Positions 51,667 to 61,860 of a DNA stretch of 64,000 nt are shown piece after piece; within the stretch, counting starts at the first letter, position 1, and every line of letters begins with the position of its first letter. Source of the DNA: an uncultured Chloroflexia bacterium (GTDB lineage: Bacteria; Chloroflexota; Limnocylindria; Limnocylindrales; CSP1-4). A program made the translations under genes and the position numbers. The DNA lies in contig CAWEMV010000002.1 of assembly GCA_963810285.1 (NCBI GenBank), forward strand, positions 2,998,633 through 3,062,632, given 5' to 3'. The notes beneath the pieces were generated by a model. That model did not search any database, had not been told where the DNA came from, and was given only the letters and a program-made list of their open reading frames with translations.

Positions 51667-51759
51667 CGGGTCCCCGCGACAACGACCGTGGAGTAGCATG
51701 TCGACTCTCGCCCGCCGCCCGTCATCGGTTCGGGCAGATCGATTCGAGGTGATGCCCCG

Positions 51760-52530
<771 letters not shown>

Positions 52531-53070
52531 TTTCCGCGCGGCGGCCGCCCGCCGACTGTCCGAAGAACGAGAGCTGTCCCCCGCGATCGTCAGCCTGCTG
52601 TCGCCCGACAGCCCGACCCGAAGTGTCGGCGTTCGCATCGTTCCCGTCGACCACATCGAGCAGAACCCGGAGCAACCGCGGCTGGCGATGAACCAGGAGG
52701 CACTCGACGAGCTCGCTGCGTCGATCCGCGAGCACGGCGTTCTCCAGCCCATCCTCGTCCGGCCGGTCGGTCCGAACACCTACCAGCTGATCGCCGGCGA
52801 GCGCCGCTGGCGCGCGTCGAAGCAGGCCGGGCTGGACACCATCCCGGCGCTCATCGAGGATATCGACGACGACACGGCGCTCGAGATCTCGATCATCGAG
52901 AACCTCCAGCGCGAAGACATCTCCCCACTCGACGAAGCCGCGATGTTCGACCGGATGGTCAGTGACCACGGCTATAGCATCCGCAAGCTGGCCGACAAGC
53001 TGGGCAAGGACAAGGGCTACGTCGAGAATCGCTTGCGATTGGCCGACGCACCCGACGAGGTCCGTGCGCT

Positions 53071-53090
53071 CGTGTCTTTGCGCAAGGACA
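53071..53090. other. palindrome GTGTCTTTGCGCAAGGACAC: candidate parS-like site, copy 3 (inside parB)
   Basis: 19/20 identical to copy 1. Embedded in the parB coding sequence (LVSLRKDTL). Confidence 0.45.
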
Positions 53091-53548
53091 CGCTCTCGCA
53101 TGCCTACGAGCTGATGAAGGTCGAGGACCCGAAGAAGCGCCAGCGTCTGGCCGACCAGGTCGCCCGCGGCGAGCTGACACTCATCCGGCTCCGCGACAAG
53201 ATCGAGGGTCGACGAGCCCGCCAGCCTCGAGTCGAGACGGATGCCGTCGCCGATTCGGAGGTCGAGGCGCCGCCCGCCGACGCGGGAGCCGTCGAGGACA
53301 TGCCGGCTCCGCGGCCCACTCGAGTGTTGACCGACGACGCGCTCGTCAACGCCAAGTCGTCGCTGTCCGAGGCACTCGACGACCTCGTCGACGTGCTCCG
53401 CTCGCCGGACGCCGTCGGCGCCATCCAGGACGTCGACCGGCAGAACCTCGCGAAGTACCTGACCATCGCGAAGATCCGGCTCGAGAACGCCATCGCGCTC
53501 GTGCGGTCCGGAGAGATCCGCGACTGAGGCTGGCGCTCACCACGGCCT

Positions 53549-53573
53549 GAAGCCGGCGCCGGGCGCCGGCTTC
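53549..53573. terminator. GC-rich hairpin (12-bp stem GAAGCCGGCGCC/GGCGCCGGCTTC) between convergent parB and ubiA
   Basis: Perfect inverted repeat 22 nt after the parB stop and 7 nt after the ubiA stop. There is no U-tract, which is common in high-GC genomes. Confidence 0.45.
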
Positions 53574-53579
53574 ATCGAT

Positions 53580-54278
53580 TCAGAGGACGGCGATGAGCCA
53601 GGCGACCAGGGCTGTCGACCCGATGATCGCCTCGAGCTCCCACGCCCATCGTCGCCGGCGACCGGCCGGTCCCCGCGCACGGAGGACGACGCCGAGCAGG
53701 ACGACGGCCATCACCAGCACGCCGGCGACACCGGCCGCCGGCGCGGACACCGCGACGAGCCAGGCCACCGCCATGACGACGGTCGCCGCCCACAGCCCGG
53801 CGTGGACCCACCATGCACGCTCCTCGCCGAGACGCGTCGCGATCGACGCCGTGCCCGACGCCCGGTCGGCGTCGAGGTCGACCCGCGCGTTGGCGATCGC
53901 CAGCGCCGCACCGGCGAGGACGCCCATCGGGAACAGCACCGCGAAGAACGACGGCAGCGCACCGGCCGCCCCATACCAGCCGTACACCGGCAGCACGGGG
54001 ATGCCGATCGCGAACGGTAGCCACGACCAGGCGGTGCCCTTGGCGGCGAGGTCGTACGAGGCGCCGATCCCGAGCACGACCAGCGCGAGCACCGCGACGC
54101 CCGGGGCGATCGTGGCCGCGATCCCGACTCCGAGGACCGCGGACGTCACCGCCACGGTTTGAGCGGCCTCGACCGAGACCAGCCCGGACGGGATCGGCTT
54201 GGGCGGCACGCGCCCTTCGTCCGCCGGAGCGTCGATCAGGTCGTTCAGGGCCCCGATGGCGAACTGCAGCGCCGTCAT
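53580..54278 (-). CDS. UbiA-family prenyltransferase; annotated from first ATG, N-terminus unresolved
   Basis: NDLIDAPAD Asp-rich motif at residues 12-20 of the ATG-initiated ORF. Upstream in-frame sequence (…PFPSVLDGLVVGAVALLAGGGSDVAARLAGS-M…) encodes a plausible TM1. It contains no ATG/GTG/TTG before an in-frame stop. Confidence 0.6.
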   Translation of the reverse strand: MTALQFAIGALNDLIDAPADEGRVPPKPIPSGLVSVEAAQTVAVTSAVLGVGIAATIAPGVAVLALVVLGIGASYDLAAKGTAWSWLPFAIGIPVLPVYGWYGAAGALPSFFAVLFPMGVLAGAALAIANARVDLDADRASGTASIATRLGEERAWWVHAGLWAATVVMAVAWLVAVSAPAAGVAGVLVMAVVLLGVVLRARGPAGRRRRWAWELEAIIGSTALVAWLIAVL

Positions 54279-54414
54279 CGAACCGGCCAGGCGCGCGGCG
54301 ACGTCCGACCCTCCCCCGGCCAGGAGCGCGACCGCTCCGACGACGAGCCCGTCGAGGACCGACGGGAAGGGATGGACGAGCCGGACCAGCGCCCCGATCC
54401 GGTCGACGGATCGG

Positions 54415-54780
54415 TCAGACGTAGACGAGCTCGTGGAAGTTCTCGACGAGATAGTCGATCAGTCGTTCGCGGCCATCCGCTGACCGGGCTCGGATGCCCG
54501 GAACGAGCGCATACAGCGCTACGGCCGGGATCATCTGGCGACCCTCCGCGTCTCGCCCGACGACCGCGGTCGGCCCGTTGCCGGATGCGAACACCTGTTC
54601 GATTTCCCGGTCGCTCAGACCCGTCGCGGTGCGGAGGTCGCCGAGGACTCGGATGACGCCCCGCCGCTTCGCGACGTCGCGCATAAGCTCGGCCGCCCAC
54701 GCGTCGATCTGCTCATCCGACTGCTCGGCGAGCCTGGTCCGGTACGTGTCCGGGTCGGCGGATAGGCCGGTCGATGCCAC
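54415..54780 (-). CDS. hypothetical protein (121 aa)
   Basis: Soluble, non-repetitive composition. No recognised motifs. Confidence 0.45.
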   Translation of the reverse strand: MASTGLSADPDTYRTRLAEQSDEQIDAWAAELMRDVAKRRGVIRVLGDLRTATGLSDREIEQVFASGNGPTAVVGRDAEGRQMIPAVALYALVPGIRARSADGRERLIDYLVENFHELVYV

Positions 54781-54838
54781 GATCGCTCCTGTCTGCTGGT
54801 CGCCCGAGTATGCCAGAGCGCCCCGACCCGGACGCCGC

Positions 54839-55615
54839 TCAGACGGCCTGGGCCGCCTCGCCGCCGTATCCGAGCTGCGCAGCCAGCGCCTCGTCCCGCG
54901 AGCCCTCGGGCCACTCGTTGAATCGCTCGGTCACCCACTGCGCCAGGCGGCCCCGGCGGTCGGGTGTCGGCGCGCCGTCGAGCAGGCCCTGGAGCCGGTC
55001 CCGCAGCGTCGCGGTCATCCCATCGACGCCGGCCCGATCCGCTCGTCCGGCGGAGATGATCGGCTCGCCGACCTGGACGCGGACGTGCGCGCCGAACCGC
55101 AGCCAGCTCGTCCCGTTGATGGCGATCGGGACCAGTGGGACCTTGGACCGCAGTGCGAAGTAGGCCGGCCCGTCATTGAGTGGCAGCAATCGATCCTCGA
55201 GGGCACCGATCCTCCCCTCCCCCGCGATCGCGACGACGCCACCCTCGGCGATGACCGCACCTACACGGCGGGTCGCCTCGAGCAGGTCGTTCTTGCCCGG
55301 CTTGTAGGGGATCGTCGTACCGGTCCACGTCATCAGACGGTTGCGCCCGCCGGCCAGCATATCCTCCTCGCGCGGCCCGAAGAACGACAGGCGGGGCCGG
55401 TAGGGCATCGTCGCCATCATGACGAAGGGATCCGCCCACGAGAGGTGGTTGAAGGCGTAGATGGCGGGGCCGTCCGGCAGCCGGTCCCGCCCGACGAACT
55501 CCACGCGGACCCACCCACGCGTGATGACCGCGACGATCGTTCGTGACAGCCAGTAGCGGATCGTCCGGCGGACGGGATGGATGGGCCGCGGCGCCGGTCG
55601 CTTCGGGGAGCTCAT
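54839..55615 (-). CDS. plsC: 1-acyl-sn-glycerol-3-phosphate acyltransferase (PlsC family)
   Basis: Forms the 3' part of ORF 54839..56743, from MSSPKRPAPRPIHP.... Acyltransferase motifs FNHLSWADPFV (HX4D-like NHxxxxD) and VAIAGEGR. Confidence 0.85.
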   Translation of the reverse strand: MSSPKRPAPRPIHPVRRTIRYWLSRTIVAVITRGWVRVEFVGRDRLPDGPAIYAFNHLSWADPFVMMATMPYRPRLSFFGPREEDMLAGGRNRLMTWTGTTIPYKPGKNDLLEATRRVGAVIAEGGVVAIAGEGRIGALEDRLLPLNDGPAYFALRSKVPLVPIAINGTSWLRFGAHVRVQVGEPIISAGRADRAGVDGMTATLRDRLQGLLDGAPTPDRRGRLAQWVTERFNEWPEGSRDEALAAQLGYGGEAAQAV

Positions 55616-56025
55616 GACCGGCCGTCGACCGCGGCGAGGACTTCGAGCGCGAAGGCGGCGATGGCGTCGCCCTCGTGGTCGGTGCCTCGCATGACCACGT
55701 TCTCGACCTGGAAGCCGACCAACCGGTGGTCCCCGACGACCTCGACCGACAGCTCGCCGATGGAGATGCGGTTCCAGCGGACGAGCTTGCCCGATGAGCG
55801 CGGGCCCTCCTGCGGGACGTTGACGCGCACATGGATCTGGGCGAGGCCACCGGAAGTGGGCGCCAGGACCACGTAGCGCAGGGCCGGGTCGTCGCCCCAG
55901 GCGATCCAGCACGACGGGTCCTCGCTGGCGCCGAGCGAGGTGAGGACCGGGACGATGGTCGCCATGACCTTGGGGGTCAACGACCCCGGGTGCGGTGCGT
56001 GCTCCGACCACTCGCTCAGGCGCAT
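55612..56025 (-). CDS. hypothetical protein translationally coupled to plsC
   Basis: ORF 55612..56061. The stop overlaps the plsC start (ATGA). The start is chosen at MRLSEWSEH.... Confidence 0.45.
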   Translation of the reverse strand: MRLSEWSEHAPHPGSLTPKVMATIVPVLTSLGASEDPSCWIAWGDDPALRYVVLAPTSGGLAQIHVRVNVPQEGPRSSGKLVRWNRISIGELSVEVVGDHRLVGFQVENVVMRGTDHEGDAIAAFALEVLAAVDGRS

Positions 56026-56148
56026 GGTTCCTCCCCGTGGCCGATCCCCCCGGCCGCCCAACCGAGGCTAGCACAGGGACGTGGTCCCCCCGTCGACCGG
56101 ACCACCGCGCGGGGTACGCGATCCGTCCAGCCCGTAGGATGCGCACCG

Positions 56149-57240
56149 ATGGATACCGGGTTCGTGCCCCAATTCGCGCTGCTCGCCGCGCTCGGCCTCG
56201 GTGGCGGGCTGTGGCTGCTCGCGCGCGGCATGGACGCCTACCGGCACGCGACGCGCGTCGCCGACACGTCGACATCGCGCATCGTGTCGCTCGCCGCGGG
56301 CGAGGTCCAGGTGAGCGGCGTGATCGAGGCCGCGGAGCTGACGCTCGTCTCGCCGCTCCAGAGCGTCCCGTGCGTGTACTACCGCTCCACCGTCGATCAG
56401 GCCGACGACGGCCCCGACCTCGGCTCGGACTTCCACGAGGAACGCGCCGTCGGCTTCCGGGTCCGCGATGCCACCGGCGACATCCGGGTGTTCCCGCGCG
56501 GGGCCCGGTGGGATGCCCCGCTCGGCCTCGACGAGGCCACCGGCATGCTGGGCGACGAACCGGCCGGGCTGGCGCTGCGGACCGGCGCGGCGGTGGCGAC
56601 CACCGGTCTGGATCGCGAGGCCGCGGTGGCCGCTCTGCTGACCGTGCAGCCCGCGACCTCGAGCACGCTCGGGTGGCTCGGTGGGTCCGCCGGGGTCGCC
56701 TACGGCATGGGATCGCGCCGGCGCCGGCGGTATCGGGAGGCACGGCTGGGTCCGGGCGACCCGGTGACCGTGATCGGCCGCGCGGTGCCGTTCTCCGACC
56801 TGTCCGACCCGGCCGAGGCCGATGTCGCGATCGGGTCCGCGCTCCCCGATGACGACCCGGAGGTCAGCGGCGACATTGCCGAGGCCCGCGCGGTCGGACT
56901 GCTCGAGGGCAGCGCCGAGGAGGCGTGGGGCAACGCCGCCATCCCGGGCTTCGGCATCGGCCGGCCGGTCCGGGCACCGGAGCTCGACGCTGCGGCGACG
57001 CCCCTGCCGATCGCCCCGCCGGCGGACGCGGCCGAGGCCGACCGGCGGTTCACGATCGCGCCCGAGGCGCTCGTGCTCGCGAGCGCGCCGGGCGTCCCGC
57101 TGCTCGTCGCCCACGGGACACCGGGCGCAGCGGTGGAACGGCACGAGGGCCGGTTCCTGCTGGGCCTGGTGGGCGCGGTAGTGGCCATCGTGTCGGCGAT
57201 GGCGCTGGCGATCATGGCCTCGGGAGCCATCGGCCGATGA
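56149..57240 (+). CDS. membrane protein with GIDE-like (E3-ubiquitin-ligase-family PF12483-like) domain, N- and C-terminal TM anchors
   Basis: Forms the 3' part of ORF 55831..57240, from MDTGFVPQFALLAALGLGGGLWLL. The central region (EVQVSGVIEAAELTLVSPLQSVPCVYY) resembles bacterial GIDE-family proteins. C-terminal TM segment LLGLVGAVVAIVSAMALAIMA. Confidence 0.55.
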   Translation: MDTGFVPQFALLAALGLGGGLWLLARGMDAYRHATRVADTSTSRIVSLAAGEVQVSGVIEAAELTLVSPLQSVPCVYYRSTVDQADDGPDLGSDFHEERAVGFRVRDATGDIRVFPRGARWDAPLGLDEATGMLGDEPAGLALRTGAAVATTGLDREAAVAALLTVQPATSSTLGWLGGSAGVAYGMGSRRRRRYREARLGPGDPVTVIGRAVPFSDLSDPAEADVAIGSALPDDDPEVSGDIAEARAVGLLEGSAEEAWGNAAIPGFGIGRPVRAPELDAAATPLPIAPPADAAEADRRFTIAPEALVLASAPGVPLLVAHGTPGAAVERHEGRFLLGLVGAVVAIVSAMALAIMASGAIGR

Positions 57241-57253
57241 TCCGGGGTCGACG

Positions 57254-57820
57254 GTGAGCCCCCAGGCCTTCGCGGCGGCGTTCGCGGTCGGGCTGGTCCT
57301 CGCGATCCTGCTGTTCCTGGGGGTGACCGCCTACAACGCCGTGGTCGCCCTTCGGCAGCGGATCGACAAGGCATGGGCGAACATCGACGTCGTGCTCAAG
57401 CAACGCCACGACCAGCTGCCCGCACTCGTCTCGGCCGTCCGCGGCGCGATGGCCTTCGAGCAGGACGTGCTGACCCAAGTGGCGCGGGCCCGCGCCGCCT
57501 ACTCGCCGACCGAGCCGATCCCCGACCAGGCGGTCCACTCCGAGACCACGACCCGCGCCGTTCGCTCGCTGTTCGCGGTCGTCGAGGCGTACCCGGAGGT
57601 CCGGTCGAACACGAACGTGCTCGACCTGCAGGACGAGATCGAGCGCATCGAGGCGATGATCGCCGACCGCCGCGAGCTCTACAACGATCAGGTCTACCGC
57701 TACAACACGCGGATCGCGACGTGGCCGACGCTGTTGCTCGCCCCTGCCTTCGGCTGGCGCCCACGCGAGTTCTTCGCCGCGCGACCCGACGAGGCCCTGC
57801 GCCCCGTCACCGAGCTGTGA
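57254..57820 (+). CDS. lemA: LemA family protein
   Basis: 188 aa. N-terminal TM segment, then NAVVALRQRIDKAWANIDVVLKQRHDQLPALV...EAYPEVRSNTNVLDLQDEIERIE, the LemA signature. Confidence 0.85.
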   Translation: MSPQAFAAAFAVGLVLAILLFLGVTAYNAVVALRQRIDKAWANIDVVLKQRHDQLPALVSAVRGAMAFEQDVLTQVARARAAYSPTEPIPDQAVHSETTTRAVRSLFAVVEAYPEVRSNTNVLDLQDEIERIEAMIADRRELYNDQVYRYNTRIATWPTLLLAPAFGWRPREFFAARPDEALRPVTEL

Positions 57821-58422
57821 GCGACGCGCCGGTCGAGCGGCAGATCTACCTGGTCCGGCACGGTGAGACCGAGTGGTCCCGTTCGGGGCAGCACACCGGC
57901 CGGACGGACATCCCGCTCACGGATATCGGCCGGGAGCAGGCCGCGGCCATCGGCAGGCGGCTGGCCGGCCACCGGTTCGGCCTCGTGCTCACCAGCCCGC
58001 GGTCCCGGGCTGCCGAGACCGCCCGGCTGGCAGGTTTCGCGGACGCGCGCCCCGATGACGATCTCGGCGAATGGGACTACGGCGAGTTCGAGGGCCGGAC
58101 GACCGCCGACATCCAGGACGAGATCGCGGGCTGGACGATCTGGTCCGGGCCGTGGCGAGGCGGTGAGACCGTGCGTCAGGTCGCAGCCCGTGCAGACCGG
58201 CTCATCGCGCGCTGCCTCGACCCTTCGGTGGTCGGTGACAGCCTGCTCTTCTCGCACGGCCATCTCCTGCGCGTGCTCGCGGCGCGCTGGATCGGACTGG
58301 CCGGCCGCGATGGCGCGCATCTCGCGCTCGGGACCGCCACGCTCGGGGTCCTCGGCTGGGAGCGGTCGAACCACGTGGTCGAGTCATGGAACGAGTCGTG
58401 CCACCTGGGAACCGGCGCATGA
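57817..58422 (+). CDS. histidine phosphatase family protein (phosphoglycerate mutase-like)
   Basis: GTG overlapping the lemA stop (GTGA). IYLVRHGETEWS RHG catalytic motif, plus LFSHGHLLRVLAARWIG. Confidence 0.8.
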   Translation: MSDAPVERQIYLVRHGETEWSRSGQHTGRTDIPLTDIGREQAAAIGRRLAGHRFGLVLTSPRSRAAETARLAGFADARPDDDLGEWDYGEFEGRTTADIQDEIAGWTIWSGPWRGGETVRQVAARADRLIARCLDPSVVGDSLLFSHGHLLRVLAARWIGLAGRDGAHLALGTATLGVLGWERSNHVVESWNESCHLGTGA

Positions 58423-59945
58423 CCGAATCGACCTCGCACGTCCGCGGCTCGACGCTGCTGCTGGTCGGCCGGTTCTTCTCGATCGGCATCAACCTCATGA
58501 GCCAGGTCCTCATCGCCCGGCATCTGTCGCAGACCGACTTCGGGGCGTTCGCGCTGGCCCTGGCCATCGCCGGCGTCGGTCAGGTGTTCATCACGCTCGG
58601 GCTGCACCGTGGCGCCACGCAGTTCTTCGCCCGCTACGACGAGGCGGAGGACCACCCACGGCTGGTCGGCTCGATCCTCCTCAACATCGGGGTCATCGTC
58701 GGGCTCGGGATCCTGCTGTTCCTGGCCGTCCTGCTGGCCCGCGGCCTGCTCACCTCGAGCGGCCTGCTCGACCCGACCGCCGCGAGCCTGCTGCTGATCC
58801 TCGTGCTGCTCGCGCCGATCGACGCGCTCGACGACATGCTCATCGCCCTGTTCGCGGTCGTCGGCGGCTCACGCCAGATCTTCCTGCGCCGCTACCTGAT
58901 CGGACCCCTGCTCCGGCTCGTCGTGGCGGCCACGCTCGTCCTCGGCAACGGCGACGCGACGGTGCTCGCGTACGGCTACCTGCTCGCGACGCTCTTTGGG
59001 CTGGTCGTGTACGGCGCGTTGTTCATCAGGATCCTCAGCGATCGCGGTGTCCTGCGCGGCCTGCGCGCGAAGCGACCGGAGGCACCAGCCGCCGAGATGC
59101 TCCGGTTCTCGCTGCCGCTCCTGTCGAACGATGGCGTGTGGCTGCTTGTCAATACCCTGCCGTTGGTCGTCCTGACCGCGGTCCGCGGCCTCGAGGAGGT
59201 CGCCGCGTTCCAGGTCATCCGGCCGGCAGCGGCCCTGAACATGATCGTGGCCAACGCCTTCTACGTGCTGTACCTGCCGGTCGCGTCGCGGCTCGCCTCA
59301 CGCCATGACCGGGCCGGCTCCCGCGACCTCTTCTGGCGGACGGCGATCTGGGTCGCGGTCGCGACGTTCCCGATCTTCGCCACGACGTTCGCGCTCGGGC
59401 GACCGATCGCGGGCCTCCTGTTCGGCGAGCGGTACGAGCCGTCCGGGACGTACCTCAGCATCCTCGCCGTCGGCTACCTCTTCAACGCGACCTTCGAGTT
59501 CAACGCCATCACGCTCGCCGCGCACGGACACACCCGCACGGTCGCGATGCTCAACCTCGTGGCGGCCATCATCGGGGCCATCGCGACCCTCATCCTCGTC
59601 CCGATCGCGGGCGCCCTCGGCGCCGCGGTGGCGGCGGCCCTGACGCTCATCCTGCAGGTGATGCTGATGCAGCTCGCGATGCCGTTGCAGGCCGGTATCT
59701 CGCTGGTCGACCGCGAGGCGATCCGCGTGTTCGCGATCATCGCCACGGCGACGGCGGCGCTCATCGGCGTCCAGGTCCTCACGCCGTTCGGCTGGTGGAC
59801 CGTCGTCGCGGCGGGTGTCGCCTCGCTCGCGGTCGTGGTCCTGTGCCGCGACGCGCTCCGCATCCAGACGCTCTTCCCGGAGCTCGGCGTGGTCCTCGAC
59901 CGGCTCCCGTGGCTCAGGGCGAGGGGCGACACCGCCGACGGATGA
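58419..59945 (+). CDS. polysaccharide biosynthesis/oligosaccharide flippase family membrane protein (Wzx/MurJ-like MOP superfamily)
   Basis: The ATG overlaps the upstream stop (ATGA). About 14 TM segments. Composition typical of PST-family flippases. Confidence 0.7.
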   Translation: MTESTSHVRGSTLLLVGRFFSIGINLMSQVLIARHLSQTDFGAFALALAIAGVGQVFITLGLHRGATQFFARYDEAEDHPRLVGSILLNIGVIVGLGILLFLAVLLARGLLTSSGLLDPTAASLLLILVLLAPIDALDDMLIALFAVVGGSRQIFLRRYLIGPLLRLVVAATLVLGNGDATVLAYGYLLATLFGLVVYGALFIRILSDRGVLRGLRAKRPEAPAAEMLRFSLPLLSNDGVWLLVNTLPLVVLTAVRGLEEVAAFQVIRPAAALNMIVANAFYVLYLPVASRLASRHDRAGSRDLFWRTAIWVAVATFPIFATTFALGRPIAGLLFGERYEPSGTYLSILAVGYLFNATFEFNAITLAAHGHTRTVAMLNLVAAIIGAIATLILVPIAGALGAAVAAALTLILQVMLMQLAMPLQAGISLVDREAIRVFAIIATATAALIGVQVLTPFGWWTVVAAGVASLAVVVLCRDALRIQTLFPELGVVLDRLPWLRARGDTADG

Positions 59946-59954
59946 GGACAGGAA

Positions 59955-59985
59955 GAAGCCCTGGCCCGAAGTGGGCCAGGGCTTC
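59955..59985. terminator. hairpin GAAGCCCTGGCCC-GAAGT-GGGCCAGGGCTTC (13-bp perfect stem) between convergent genes
   Basis: Lies 10 nt after the flippase stop and about 20 nt after the stop of the minus-strand beta-helix gene. Confidence 0.55.
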
Positions 59986-60005
59986 CTGCGTGTTGCGGGT
60001 GTGGA

Positions 60006-61007
60006 TCAGCCGCGGACGATGCGCGTGCGGACGAGGTGGTCGTTCTTGTAGATCTTGACCACGTGCCGGCCCGAGCCGGCCTTGAAGTTCTCGTAGTACA
60101 CGGTGTGGGCGCCGAAGCCCTGCTTGATGTGCAGCTTGGTCTTGCCGTCGACCTTGATCTTCCAATCGAGCTTGGTGCCGAGCGTCGCCTGGGGGGCGGG
60201 CTTGCCGTAGCTGCGGAGGTCGACGCGGATGCTGTGCGGGCGGACGACCGTCGTCCAGTTGCCCGGACGTTCGCGGTCACCGGGCCGTCGATGCGCACCT
60301 CGGTGTCGACGAACTTGTTGCCGGACACCGTGACCTTGCGGGCCTCGTAGTTCAGCACGCCAGTCGCTTCGGTGTCAGCCGGCTGTGTACCGGAGGTCGC
60401 TGACGGTGTTGTCCTTCACATGGCGCTCGCGCCGCTCCGGACCACGATGCCGTTCTGGGCGATGTAGCCGATGGGACCCTCGCCGGTGATGACGTTCTTC
60501 ACGACCGTCACGGAGGTCTTGTGCGCTGGAGGCACCGGTGCCATCGGCGTTCAGGCCGCTGATCTCGATCCCGTTCTTCTGGAAGTCGTAGACCTTGTTG
60601 CCGCTGATCGTGCCGCTCGCACCGTTGATGTAGAGGATGGCACGGCCGCGCTGCGTGCCGTCGAACGGCTTCTCGCCGATCTGGTGGATCTTGCTGTTGG
60701 TCGTGTTGACGGTGCGTTCGCGCCGTTGACGACGACGCCGAAGTAGCGGGCGCCGTGGATGTCAGCGTTGGTGACGCGGGTCGGGTTGTAGACACCGATG
60801 TCGCAGCCGGTCGCGTCGAGCTCGCCGGTGACCGTTCCGCCGATCTGCGCCGCGGTGAGGTTGATGCCGTCGCGGACGAACCCCGTCGCGGTGCAGTCCG
60901 ACAGCCGCCATGGTCGAAGCGGGCACCGCAGCCAGGGCCATCGTGCCGACGAAGGCCGACGCCGAAACCAGGCTGATCAGCCGGCGCTTTGTGATGAAGA
61001 TAGACAC
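60006..61007 (-). pseudogene. secreted parallel beta-helix-repeat protein, coding frame broken at least five times
   Basis: GTG at about 61007 is preceded by GGAGGA. Signal peptide VSIFITKRRLISLVSASAFVGTMALAAVPASTMA. The protein-like sequence hops between all three frames, with switches near 60900, 60715, 60500, 60420 and 60270. Confidence 0.6.
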
Positions 61008-61161
61008 TGAGTCCTCCGATTGGATTGGAGATGAATGACATCCCGAATCCTGATCGGAAGCGCCCTCTGATCCCATTGCGCTCATCTGCAGAACGACCAC
61101 CGCTCGACTGCAGGAATGCTGCAGCCAGACCGGATCGGCTGAGGCTCCAGGGGGCGGAGGG

Positions 61162-61236
61162 TGGCTCCGGCGGTAAGATTCGAACTTACGACCAAGCGGT
61201 TAACAGCCGCCCGCTCTACCACTGAGCTACGCCGGA
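61162..61236 (-). tRNA. tRNA-Asn (anticodon GTT)
   Basis: The reverse complement is TCCGGCG-TA-GCTCAGTGGTAGAGC-G-GGCGG-CTGTTAA-CCGCT-TGGTC-GTAAG-TTCGAAT-CTTAC-CGCCGGA-G-CCA, 75 nt. Confidence 0.85.
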
Positions 61237-61317
61237 ACGCATCGCGGGTCGCGCCCGCGTGGCCACGTCGCGTGACCGGTCGGAAGGATACCGCAGAGTC
61301 GGCGTGGAGGCTACGAG

Positions 61318-61827
61318 TCAGCCAGCCGCCTGGGTGGGTTCGTCGCGCGGCGGCTCGACCATGAGGATCCACGCGGCCTGCACGCCGAAGAACAGCAGGA
61401 TCGCGAGCGAGATGCCTTCGACCTGCAGCGGCGAAAGGTCGAGCCCGATCCGCTGGACGCCCTCTGGGAACACGGCAACGATCGCGATCAGGGCGTAGAT
61501 CGGGATGGCGATCCACTCGATCATGCGGACCAGCCGCGGACAGTCGCGCTCGTCGGTCAGCTCCCGCACGACGTACCCGGCGCCGATCATGCCGAGCACG
61601 CCGGCGGTCAGGAAGGTCAGCCGCCACAGGATGTTGAGGTCGGGCGCCACGAGTGCCAGCACGGACATCACGCCAGGCAGCACGAAGTGGAGCGACACGA
61701 CGTAGGCCATCCGCCGCCTGGAGACGTTCATCCGCCACGTCTCGCGGTCCTGGACGACGACCCACCACAGGCCAAGGAGCGTGAAGCTGATGGCGCTGAC
61801 CGTCACGTAGAAGGTCTGGACATCCAC
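61318..61827 (-). CDS. hypothetical 4-TM membrane protein
   Basis: GTG start chosen inside ORF 61318..62328: VDVQTFYVTVSAISFTLLGLWWVVVQD.... Hydrophobic helices. An alternative start is MNVSRRRM. Confidence 0.5.
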   Translation of the reverse strand: MDVQTFYVTVSAISFTLLGLWWVVVQDRETWRMNVSRRRMAYVVSLHFVLPGVMSVLALVAPDLNILWRLTFLTAGVLGMIGAGYVVRELTDERDCPRLVRMIEWIAIPIYALIAIVAVFPEGVQRIGLDLSPLQVEGISLAILLFFGVQAAWILMVEPPRDEPTQAAG

Positions 61828-61860
61828 TCGTCCGATGCTAGCAGGCGATACCCTGCGACC

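Noticed and set aside
51597-51759. Calling this region oriC
   Set aside because: Only two DnaA boxes are present and there is no clear DnaA-trio or AT-rich unwinding element. There is also no dnaA/dnaN nearby in the window. It is reported as DnaA boxes only.
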